From Neoechinorhynchus agilis (taxonomy: Eukaryota; Animalia; Acanthocephala), in the NCBI GenBank assembly GCA_051530055.1, contig CM121342.1, positions 5,207,489 through 5,271,488 on the forward strand: DNA of 64,000 bases. Reading direction: 5' to 3'. Below the pieces are notes generated by a model. The model did not search any database and was not told the DNA's origin. It was given only the letters and a program-made list of their open reading frames with translations. The position numbers and the translations under genes were made by a program. Positions within the stretch are counted from its first letter, which is position 1; each line of letters begins with the position of its first letter. Positions 39,672 through 51,900 of this stretch are shown one piece after another.

Positions 39672-39939
39672 CCAGCCCAAAAAAAAGAATTAGATTTTTG
39701 TTACCTCTTTCAGCAGATGACACATTTTTATTGTTTGTTCATAGGAGACATTTTATTGTGGACAACAACAATGAATTATCTTTTCAACATTTTTATTCTA
39801 AACACAAAAGTAGGACTTTCCTCTTAAATCATATAGATTCCTTTTTAATAACATTACAGAATGGCCTCTCCAGGAAGGTAATTTAGTCGTTAATCCATCA
39901 AAAACAGTTGTCCTACCACTTACTAAATCTTACTTCTCT

Positions 39940-40243
39940 AGGGCTCAATTGAAAAAAGATCTTTTCCATGCAGCCCATCGCCGATTCATTGGTCTGGGAC
40001 GGTGCTGGTCTGCGCTCAATACCCCCCAAGACCGTAGACGGTTAGAAGTTTGTACATCCTCGTCCGGATTCTCAGCTCATCAGTGATTTTTATCTCTTCA
40101 ACGAGATATTTCGTCCCCGTTTGATTGTGTGCGTCATCGAGTCCACTTAACCACCTCAGCACACTGCGGAATGTACAAACTTCGCCACTTTAGCCTGGAT
40201 AAGCTTTCCGATTTTTTAGAAGGGCTCAACTGAAAAAAGATCT
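39940..40243. mobile_element. 258-bp insertion flanked by a 23-bp direct repeat (putative retroposed short element)
   Basis: agggctcaa[t/c]tgaaaaaagatct at 39940-39962 and 40221-40243; a diverged relative of the internal part lies at about 32340-32460 in the opposite orientation. Confidence 0.55.
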
Positions 40244-41527
40244 GGCTTTGCATTCAACATTTTCACGTTTTTTAATCAAGAGACACAACCGAATACTTGG
40301 CAAAGATTTTCCATCAAATAGGCAACGTTTTTTGATTAATTCCTCGCTCTCTGGAATATTTTATAAAGAAAGAAATCTCTTGAATCGTATGCTTCGCATT
40401 GGGTTCACTTTTAATTATATTTATAGAATTTTAATTACGCTTTTTGGAGGTTCATTATGTTTCTTTGCAAGGGTACGTCCTCCTGAATTTCGATTGACCT
40501 TTTTCAATCATTTTATGAAAAAACTGAAGAACATTTTAAAAAGGTCATCGTTCCCAAATCGAAGTCTCCTCTCGGCCTCCGTATTTTTTTGACTAAAATC
40601 TGGTAGCATTCTCCTCATTTTCCAGCCAATAAATTTTTATTTTTCTAATAAAACTTAATCCCACCAAATAGCTTGACTTTTATATTGTATTCACTAATTT
40701 AGTTGAAAAAGACAAACTCGAAATTATAGTGTAATTGAGTCCTTATTTTAGACTAGTAATAGTTTTTTCTATGGAGGGAAAGGAGTCCGGGGAATACTGC
40801 GATCTAGTGCATGCAAATAAAAATACACAGACTTCAATCAATACCTTTTAACCGTGGTTTAGTTAACTGCAACGACGTGGCTGTTTGGAGATAACAAATT
40901 TAAAATCACGCTTTTTTTATCGTTGCCCAAAGGTAAGAAAGTCCATTCAAAAAGAGTTTATTTTGGTTCGAATTAAACGAGCTCCTTCGAATTTTTTGAT
41001 AGCACTTACAAAAGAAGCGGAGTTTTTCTGGTGACCGGCGATTCAAACGACACGGTCGGTTTTAAGTCGCAAAATTTTCCATTTAGATATGATTGGTTCT
41101 GTTTCTGTGGTCAAATTGTTGCTTAAGTGTGTACCTGAGTTCTCTTATCATTCTAAATTCTCCGATTTTCTATCAGACAAGCGGATTTTATTTCGCCATA
41201 AGTCACTATCGCCGATAGAACCGATCCACACATTAGGCTTCACAGACGGCGCAAACCCGCTTTGTATGCAGCAAAAGAAGTGCCTCCATTCGCGTCGTGA
41301 TGGAAATGCTCGGGTTTAGACAGAAGCGCAGTAGTCGTTAACGAGATGATGTTAGTGGTAGAGATGGCAGCTACATTCTGTGATATTACTCATTGCATTG
41401 GTGTTCCAAGTTCTCCTTTAGAAGGAATCTAGGGTCGCACCCGCTCGTTGTGAAGAAAAGCTAACGAAATATCAAAGCATTGTCGAACGGGAATTTAACA
41501 ACTCTATCGAACTTGCAGCTCCTCAAG

Positions 41528-44500
41528 ATGGCTGATCTTGAGGCCGTTTTGGCCGATGTGAGCTATTTGATCGCAATGGAAAAGAGCAAGTCAGCGCCAT
41601 CCGCTTCTGTTACGAAGAAAATCGTTTTAGCCGATAAAAGGTGAGCTCCGTATTCTTACCGAGAATTCGATATTCTTAGCCTGACTTTTCTTAATAGTGT
41701 TTCTTCAGTCATTACACGATATTTGAAGCGAAACAATAAATACAACTTTAATTACATTTTCAATACACGACACGGTCTGATAATCATTAATTGCGTACAT
41801 TACTCATTTTCGAATTTAGGGTTTTTATTGTTTAAAGAATTCTGCTACCAGGGATTCTATCAGCCTATAACGGAGATTCAGTTCTACGAAGAAGTACGCT
41901 TACAAAAAATTTTGTTTTCATGAGTCTCTCTATAACTTAGATTCTCAATTATGAGAAAATTGAATCAAATATTGATCGTCTGCAATCTGCAAAGAAAATA
42001 TATGACGGATTCATCATGCCTGAACTTCTTGCTCACGATTTTGTAGGATGATCGTTTCGATATCTAATTACCAACACCGTCGTGCTTAGAAGTTCTCAGA
42101 AGCAGCAGCAACAACGGTACAAAAGATCATCTATGAAGCAGGCCTTTCAGATTGTGGCCGAAGCCTACCCACTGATATTTTCGATGTTCGTTTTTTTGTC
42201 GCAATGATGAAAATCCGATAGTCCACTTACATTTCGGTCTTTTTTGAGCATTTGGATTTGTTTACTAAAGCGGTCGCCCCATTGCATAATAATTCGAGCT
42301 TCGATTTTTGTTGTTCGCACAGTAATTCTACGTAATTGAAAGTCGATATTTCCAAAACCTGTAGCAGCTTATAATTTTGCTAAAACGGTCTTAATGGACT
42401 AGAAATGCTCTTTGCATTATTAAACCAGATAGCAAATTACGATGTTGATGGAACTCGAACTTTTTTTCAAATTTACGAAGCTATTAGAAGACTCTTGTTT
42501 AGGTATTGAGGGGACCGATATGTTTATGATAATAGTCAAAAATGCTTACAGTTCGGTCAACTTTAGGGAAGTGTTCAATCCTTGGGGCAAAATATGCCAT
42601 TGTTAGCTGATAATCATTTGAAATAAATTGCACGCTACAATAGGTTTCATTAATTTCTCCTTTTGTCAGTAGCGTATAAATCTGTGTGTGTGGTCTTAAT
42701 AGATTATTCTTTAAAATCGATATCAATAGGCACAAACTAGATGTTCGTTAGTGAATTTAATATGATCTTCAGAATATTTGACACATGCACACACCATATT
42801 AAGTTGCCAACTAATGCCTCATGAAATATGTAAACCAAAATTAAAGTTTTTGTATACTTTTGAAGTATTCATAACAGTTCCATTTGAATACAGTGTATCA
42901 AGCAAGAAATCGAAGAATATCTTGAGGCCAACATCTTTCAGCTATTTTTGAAAAGTGAAAAGTATGTGCGATTCAGCCAATGGGTACACTTTGAACTCAC
43001 AATGCAAGTAAGCAGCTTCTCCTTCAGATATAAGACTTTTACATATAAATACATTTAGTTGACAATGAGTGACTTTAGTCTTCATCGAATTATTGGACGT
43101 GGCGGTTTTGGTGAAGTTTACGGCTGCAGGAAGACAGATACGGGAAAGATGTGAGACCTTTTAAGATGAACTTTAAATATCCCGTTGTTGTGACACTATT
43201 TTCAACTCTCGAATGCGCCACATATAGAACGCACAGTATTCCTTTTGACTACACCATTAGATTTTATATTACCAATTCTTAACTGACTGACGGTTTGTGA
43301 TTAATAATTTGAGAGCGCATTTTTTTATTATAATGAAGTTTGAAAGCGTAGTTTTTTGGTCGTAATGAAAAACTCAAAGGTTAAAAATAGCTTTCCATTC
43401 CCGTAAAAATGAGTTGATTTTGGGTTTTTTCCTGATTAAGAATTTTGATGAAAGTGCCACTTAAAACTCACAGGGCTAAACTGAGTCCCCTGTAATACTT
43501 CTTAACTAAAATTTCGACGTTACGTAATATTTATTTTATGAACATTTCCATTCCCGTAAAAATGAGTTGATTTTGGGTTTTTTCATGATTAAGAATTTTG
43601 ATGAAAGTGCCACTTAAAACTCACAGGGCTAAACTGAGTCCCCTGTAATACTTCTTAACTAAAATTTCGACGTTACGTAATATTTATTTTATGAACATTT
43701 CCATTCCCGTAAAAATGAGTTGATTTTGGGTTTTTTCATGATTAAGAATTTTGATGAAAGTGCCACTTAAAACTCACAGGGCTAAACTGAGTCCCCTGTA
43801 ATACTTCTTAACTAAAATTTCGACGTTACGTAATATTTATTTTATGAACATTTCCATTCCCGTAAAAATGAGTTGATTTTGGGTTTTTTCATGATTAAGA
43901 ATTTTGATGAAAGTGCCACTTAAAACTCACAGGGCTAAACTGAGTCCCCTGTAATACTTCTTAACTAAAATTTCGACGTTACGTAATATTTATTTTATGA
44001 ACATTTCCATTCCCGTAAAAATGAGTTGATTTTGGGTTTTTTCATGATTAAGAATTTTGATGAAAGTGCCACTTAAAACTCACAGGGCTAAACTGAGTCC
44101 CCTGTAATACTTCTTAACTAAAATTTCGACGTTACGTAATATTTATTTTATGAACATTTCCATTCCCGTAAAAATGAGTTGATTTTGGGTTTTTTCATGA
44201 TTAAGAATTTTGATGAAAGTGCCACTTAAAACTCACAGGGCTAAACTGAGTCCCCTTAATACTTTAACTAAAATTTCGACGTTACGTAATATTTATTTTA
44301 TGAACATTTCCATTCCCGTAAAAATGAGTTGATTTTGGGTTTTTTCATGATTAAGAATTTTGATGAAAGTGCCACTTAAAACTCACAGGGCTAAACTGAG
44401 TCCCTGTAATACTTCTTAACTAAAATTTCGACGTTACGTAATATTTATTTTATGAACATTTCCATTCCCGTAAAATGAGTTGATTTTGGGTTTTTTCATG

Positions 44501-46835
44501 ATTAAGAATTTTGATGAAAGTGCCACTTAAAACTCACAGGGCTAAACTGAGTCCCCTGTAATACTTCTTAACTAAAATTTCGACGTTACGTAATATTTAT
44601 TTTATGAACATTTCCATTCCCGTAAAAATGAGTTGATTTTGGGTTTTTTCATGATTAAGAATTTTGATGAAAGTGCCACTTAAAACTCACAGGGCTAAAC
44701 TGAGTCCCCTGTAATACTTCTTAACTAAAATTTCGACGTTACGTAATATTTATTTTATGAACATTTCCATTCCCGTAAAAATGAGTTGATTTTGGGTTTT
44801 TTCATGATTAAGAATTTTGATGAAAGTGCCACTTAAAACTCACAGGGCTAAACTGAGTCCCCTGTAATACTTCTTAACTAAAATTTCGACGTTACGTAAT
44901 ATTTATTTTATGAACATCTTTACCCCTTATTATTAGGTATGCGATGAAGTGTTTAGACAAGAAACGGATAAAGATGAAACAGGGCGAAGGACTTGCTTTG
45001 AACGAGATGAATATTCTGCGCACAGTCAGCATAGGATCGGTATTACATTTTGCGTTTTTATGAACAAAATCCAAGTTAATGCATTAAGTCGGCGTGTCCA
45101 TTCATTGTTAGTATGACCTACGCATTTCAAACAACGGATAAACTTTGTTTCATCCTTGACTTGATGAACGGTGGGCACATTTTGTTGCTGGCTCTTATAT
45201 AATTGCTCTGAATGAAGGTGGTGATTTCCATGAGTGAATTTCAAGCGAGCGAACTTTCAAAATGAATCGTTGAAATCCGCTCAAGTACACTATCACCTGA
45301 CCCAGCACGGAATCTTCACCGAGGACGAAGTACGATTCTACACTGCGGAAATTATTCTAGGACTTGAGCATATGCATTCCCGTTCAATTGTCTATAGAGA
45401 CTTAAAGGTGTGACTAATCGATTTAGGGGCGCATCCTCTAAGTATTCCGTTTGAAAATAGCCAGCTAACGTTTTGTTGGACGAAAGGGGACATGTTCGAA
45501 TTTCTGACCTCGGATTGGCGTGCGACTTTTCTCTAAAGAAGCCACAGGCGAGTGTTGGTACTCATGGATACATGGCACCAGAAGTGCATATGAAAGGAGT
45601 TCAATATGACTCAGCAGCGGATTTCTTTTCCCTTGGATGCCTTATGTTCAAGCTACTAAGAGGGCATAGCCCGTTTCGACTTCAACAGAAATCCAATTGT
45701 GTGGAGTATGAACAGACCATTCGGGAAATCGTATGACTGCTTTCTTTATTCGGTCGCGTTATGTTCTTCCTTTTTGAGACGAGGGAATGTCGTGAAACCC
45801 TATCTAACTCACTATGCTCACTTCTTACCGGTCTTTTGGTCTACGATCCAAATCTTAGATTAGGGGGTCGAGGGTACGTTTTCTTAATCTAAATAAGACT
45901 CCTACAAAGGCTTTCATAAGCAGAGCCGATGAAATCAAGTCTCATTCCTTTTTCAATCTAAATTGGCATCACGTCTACAATCAAATGATAGTGCCGCCGA
46001 TAATTCCTCCGAAAGGTGAAGTAAATGCTGCGGACGCATTTGATATCGGTAACTTCGACGAAGATGACACAAAAGGCATTAAGGTAAGATTAGCTCTATT
46101 CGTTCGGTATAGTAAAGAACCTCTTTAAGCTAACCGACATCGATCAAGTGCAATATAAAAACTTTTTTGCGATAATATCGGACCGATGGCAACAGGAGGT
46201 AGAGGAGTCGGTCTTCGAGAGCGTGAATGCGGAGACCGACCGTTTGGAAAACAAAAAGAATAAACAACTGAGATTCAGACATGCAATGTCAGCCAGTGAC
46301 AGCTCTTCGGATATAGTTTTACACGGAATCGTAAGGAAGGGAAGTGAAGGATCGTTTGGATATCAGTGGCAAGTCCGATACGCTAAGCTTTTTCCGAACA
46401 GACTTGAGCTCTATTCCGACCGAAGTGACAGACAAGTGGAAGTAAGAGAAAAGTTTTCTTCAATTTTTTAAACAGGTTTACAGGTATATACGATGGAGAA
46501 CATAATTTCTGTGGAATCAAAGGAGTTTGCAGCGAAACTAGGAGTCAGCAGCCGAGTTCTCATTTTACGTACAAATCGGTCAAGTATTCCTGGATCGCCT
46601 ATGTGTGGCACTGTTCAGGCCTTGAATCTCCAACCCATGTCTAGTTTTGAAGATGTTCTCTTTCTGTTCCAGGTAAAACGGACGGTTTGCTCAAACTTTC
46701 TGGAATGTGTGCTATTAGGACGAAATAACACTGGAACAATGGGCGGATGCATTGGAGGAGGCAAAAACCAGGTCAACCCAGCAACTTATTAGCTCAGGGC
46801 GGGCTTCTAAGATATATGGAGAAATTTTACATTGA
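41528..46835 (+). CDS. GRK2: G protein-coupled receptor kinase 2/3 (beta-ARK; RH - kinase - PH), about 16-17 exons
   Basis: Exons 41528-41640 ([21 protein letters not shown]), 41698-41774, 41820-41893, 41941-42042, 42090-42185, 42894-43007, 43059-43150 ([13 protein letters not shown]), 44937-45039, 45089-45170, 45218-45226 + 45286-45407, 45461-45730 ([16 protein letters not shown]), 45779-45873, 45924-46083 ([14 protein letters not shown]), 46130-46441, 46484-46672, 46719-46835. Confidence 0.96.
43392..44917. repeat. Intronic satellite, 10 x 153 bp, near-identical copies
   Basis: tttccattcccgtaaaaatg recurs at 43392, 43545, 43698 and onward, inside GRK intron 43151-44936. Confidence 0.96.
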
Positions 46836-48038
46836 TTGGTGTTTGTGTATGAAAGGCAAGTGTAAATTGGAAGCCATCGTCTGTTAGTGCGAAAAGTAAG
46901 TAAACCCGATCAGGGAACTAAACTGACAATAGTTTAGATAATAAATGTATGTCCAAGGAATGAAGGTGTTCGAACGAGACTGATGGTGTTCTTAAAATGG
47001 CTTTTTCGTGATTCTTAAATCGCAATTCAAAGTTCCACTGATGATGTAGTCTGTTTTGCTAAAATGCACGTAACTAATTTAGTAGGATTAAAAGCAATCG
47101 TTGAGGCAATTAGCACAGGGAACAAATCTAATGAGTAGAGGTATCAAAATATAAACTCCGACTCATTCACTCTTATTTTTAAAATCTTAGTTGTCTTTTG
47201 AATATGAACTGCTTAAATCTCTGCCATCATTGGAGAACCAGAATTATCCGAATGTTAAAGAAAATAATCCTGTCTTTTTTGTAAAACTTGAGAAGTGGAG
47301 CCAGAATGCGCATCGAACAGACGGTCCTGGTTTCATTTGCCCCATCGCAGTGATTGAAATGATGCAAACGTGGATCTTGTTTTTGAGGGCAATGCCCGAA
47401 ACCCTCTAAATAACAGGAGGGGAAAATCAGAAAAACTACTTGAAATATTGATTCAAATTAGTAAGAAGCGTTGTGCTTCACTATTCGCGCAACAAAAACG
47501 CTTTCAGGGGCCAAACCCATAGACAATTGAGCCAATCGTTTCTCACGGAAGCCGCCTATTCATTACTTGTGCGACGCTTCGCTTTTCAAGACAAATGTTC
47601 AAAATGCTGCAATCTTGAATTATTCAAAGACCACGAGTATTGTGAAGAACGAGTAAATAATTAGATTTCTGGTAAATGAACGCTTCTGCGGTGTTTTATG
47701 TGGAAACTCATGTGTGCGCGTGCGTCCAGGATTAGGTGTGTTTCGTTAGTAATCATCATTCTCATCTTTATCGCTTTCTAGACTCATGTCACTATCATCA
47801 ATTGTCTATTGAACGACGCTGCCGATCTTTAGGTTGTATGTCAAGTCATTCTAGAATAAACTTGAGGATAGGTCCGAGGTCATGGATCTATGTAGAAAAC
47901 AATTAGCTCTTAAGACCAAAACCTTCCCGTTAACTTCATTCACTATGAACGCATCATTAATATAATGGAGCTGGACGAGGTGTGCGTGATAAGATAGCGC
48001 TCACTTTCGTTCTTTGTCTATACATAGAGACATCTTGG

Positions 48039-48953
48039 TCATACAAGTACGGATTTATACAATCGATTTGTTCCGAGTCGCCGACGACGCGATGATTGTC
48101 GCGTACTTTTGAAACCGTCAGATAGCTTATATCTTGAGTTTTCACTTTGCGGAATGATCTTTTTCCGTCGTCGGTTCACTTTCCTGGCGTCAGGAGTGGA
48201 AATATCGGCCATAAGAAGGGTAAAAAAGTCTGGGTGCCTAATCTGGTTCCAATCGTCAACTGAAACGAGCCGGACTGAGCAAAAGTCGCCCATCTGAGGA
48301 AACCAAGCTATTCGCAAGTAAGAGTTGGATTTGTACAGCTGGAAGTGGTCCCAATGAAGATGGACTCTACTGTACATTGCTCGTTGTTGCCGAAACAAAC
48401 AGTTTCGATTATCGCGGTTAATCTAGTAGGTGTGAAAAGGAAATGGTTGTCGAACTTAACGTTTTTAAACTTTAAAACTTACACGACCGACTAAACGAGT
48501 GCCATTAGCACAAAGCCATAATTTAGATTTGCTGGATTGTATAAAAACAAGTGCTGGTGCTACCGGAATGAAGGTGAGATGATCATCAACTGAAGAGATT
48601 AGGCCGAAACTTTCCATAGCCTGAACGCTTTCGGATCTCTTCATCATGTTCTTGAGTCCAAATACAGTGCCATTAGTGGTCATGTGTAGGGTACATTGAC
48701 TGCGGCTGACCAATCGGTGCATCCGAACTAATTGCTTTCGATTGTTGTAGTGCCGTGATTGTTGATGATTTTCGGCCCTGCGGTGGTGGCGGTGATAGCA
48801 AGGGGAATTGCCTAAGGACGTATTGTTAGGTTGATGGTTGCGAGATGGAATCATCCGTTGTTGCAGGGACAATGAGTTCGTCAGATGAGGAGGTAAGTAT
48901 ACGAGCAAATTGACAACAAGGATCGTTGCTGCAGAGTTGAAAAATAAACACAT
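48039..48953 (-). CDS. Fibroblast growth factor family ligand (divergent), at least 2 exons: 48953-48483 and 48422-48039
   Basis: Hydrophobic N-terminus MCLFFNSAATILVVNLLVYL. FGF core RLVSRSQCTLHMTTNGTVFG...LTFIPVAPALVFIQSSKSKLWLCANGTRLVGR|gtaagt...ag|INRDNRNCLFRQQ...FQLYKS. Basic C-terminus. Confidence 0.75.
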
Positions 48954-51900
48954 CGGGTTATCATTTGTGCACCAAACAATCACTTGGACGGTGTGTTCGA
49001 TGTAGCCATAACAACCGGTACATCATTGAATTGGCTCATCGATGTACTTGTAAAGCAACGCCTCTAGAAAGTAGGCGCTGAACAAATTTCTGATGGAAAA
49101 AATTGGATGAGGGTATGTGCACTGTAGGAGGAAAGCAACAGACAACACTTATCCTTGTCGCGCCCCACGTCGAAGAGACGTTCTATGAAATGCCAGTTAA
49201 TCTTAAATGTCAATTCGTCAGTAAAGAAAGCAATAGATGAGATGGAGGGTAGTAAAGTGAGAACCGTCGAGATCATAAGAGGCATAACGGTGAAACGTTT
49301 AATCGTCAAAGACGTGGATCACGGGAGATGGTGCACATAAAAGAGAGGCAGATAAGCTCCCGCGCATCAATGTGATTATTGCGCTAGAAAAAAAACAGGG
49401 TTCCCAGGCAGAATAACCTTTTTTTAGCCGGGCAGATGCACAAGCTCCCTGCCGTTGCCGCATTCTGGATACTGTCCCATCGGTGTGAGATATGTAATCC
49501 ATAAGAAACAAGAGAAACAGCTGGGTCCTTTGAGAAAAGAACGGATCTTTTCAGGCTACTGATGGTCCAAAGGTTTAAAGAAGGTTATTTTGGGGTGCGT
49601 TTGCACATACCGGGTCGTCGTCATCGTGTGCATCCAAGGTTCCGTGCCACCTCGGCGTTGTTGTGAAGGTGTTTTAGGAAGACACGAGTGGATTTTGGTG
49701 AAAGTCCTTGGACGTCAGAAAAGTATTCTCGTGCGTCGTTGGTCGATTAGATTACAGAAGCTATCAGCAGTACCCATGTACACAGACATATATACAAGTA
49801 TTCCACCACACAAGAAGCGGCGAGGACTAAAGGCACCCTTCCCAAGCATACAGATAGGTCGTCGATTAATCGGCAATCATGTGATACGCATGAATAACCC
49901 GGTCTTACGCTCTCAGAATGTGTCGAGGTGACCTTAGACGAGGACATCTCTGAATCGACGAGTGTGCGGAGTTCATTGTCCAACTGTCGAGATTAAGCCA
50001 CACACACGGTGACAAGTGCATTCTCAGAATTTATCCGTCTGACTATTTTCATCGGTCTAGCAAACGTTCCTTTTCACAAAAACCATAAAAATTGAGGCTT
50101 CACTGAGCACACAAAAAAATGGATAAGGAGCATAGAGGTGCAAATCGAAGAATAAATATGATTATGGAGCGAGAGAGAGAGCAAATCTTATCTCCCAAGG
50201 CAAAAGAAGAAAGGTGATTCATCAAACTGGAGACATAAAGCGCAGGTTTGCCAAGTACTGATGGGTTGCGCTGATTGCAAGCGAGCTGAGGGTGTAGTCA
50301 GAGAAATGTCAGAGTTGATTTAGAACAAAAAAAATAGTGGTTGAAAATGTTTTCCAACCCGCACATACCTTTACGTCCATAAACAACACAAAGCGCCTTT
50401 TTGAATGTGGGCAGCGGTGGATTATTGACGGTGTCGATTCCAATATTTGCTCGAATAACAATAAGTTCGTCGTTGATTTGTACCGAAAGGGGTCTGGAAG
50501 CGTTCTAAATAATAAACACGGGAAGCTGGGGCCAATGCTATTGAATGAACGTTTTCGTCTCAGTGTCTTTATATATTTGCTCGAGGGAAATGTGTTCAAT
50601 TGTTTAAAAACACGATGGCTTCAATGGACTGCTCGACTCTTTTCCTTTTGACAAAAAATGCTCTCAATAGCTGCGTCAATATAGTCTGATAACACGTCAT
50701 TCTCACTTGTTCAGACTGAGTGTTAAGCCAAAAAGATTCTGAGAAGCTCTTTTTATGTTATTCCGACAAACGGAAATGTTTGGTATTAACCATTCGGAAA
50801 TCATCAATGCGACGACGCAAACCGTCAACGGCAATTGATTGACATTTGCGACCTCGCTCAAAATATCACGGATGTGACAGTTGTTTGGATGTGAACACTT
50901 GTATGACGTTCTTGATCTCAGACGAATCTTAAGCAAATAAACGGCTACAATCCAGAATAGACGGCATTTCGCTTGATGTGGGCGCCGGCGGCGGTAGTCC
51001 AATGCGAAACTGTCCGGCTTTAATGATGCTAAGGTTAGGCCATTTTTAGACTTGATAAATGAGATATGGAGAACAATCTTCTGCTCCCTACGGATCCAAG
51101 ACAGTACATTTGAATCCAGTGGAATTCGGCTGGTGTGAGGAACCATTTATCTGATCACGGAGAACACCACGTTATTACAGCGAAACGCATCCCAAAAAAG
51201 GGGAATTCGGGACCCACGCTGGCTTTTATCGTTAATCGTTTAGGCTCACACGTTGGGAAATACGTCTTGAATTGTTTTTAGGACGATGCGCTAAATTTTC
51301 AGACTCTTGGAAACGCGCTGTATTCTTTGGGATGCCAGAAAAAAGAGCTGAAATTCAGAGACGACAAGTGACCGTGTCTCAATATCAAATCAGGCTAAAA
51401 TTCGGATCACCGTACACGCCGGATTACGACGCAAACTCCATGATCGATTGTCGACGCCGTAAATCGAGATAAAGATCCTTTAAGTGTGGTTAATCAATTT
51501 AATAATTGATGATTGTTTGAAGAAAAAATGATAGAAGGACCAAAAACGTGACTTCTTCTGATAAGCAAATGATTAAGCATCTAGAAAATGTTAGACAAGT
51601 GGAGAATGTTGTTATGAGATAATCTTGCGCATCCAGAGGATTAAACCGCAATCCCAAACCGAGATTAAATGGAAAACATTTGTAATAAAAATCGAGTTAA
51701 AAAACGCTTTTTTAATTTGAGACATCAGAAATATTGAAAAGGGATTCCCTTAAAGTGGACGACAATGGTCGATAGAGAATGAGTTTAGGTCAGTGTTCAA
51801 GTAGTTTAAAATTTCAGACCGATTGTCCTCACCGTGATTTAGTCCGTAGCCGAGTAGCTCTCACACATTTAGCGAATAAAAATTGCTGTTGGCGAGAGTA

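Noticed and set aside
43445-43495. UUGAUGA-A-AGU(GCC)ACU-UAAAA in the 153-bp satellite resembling a hammerhead
   Set aside because: Both catalytic boxes deviate (C3>U, no GAAA) and there is no stem I or III.
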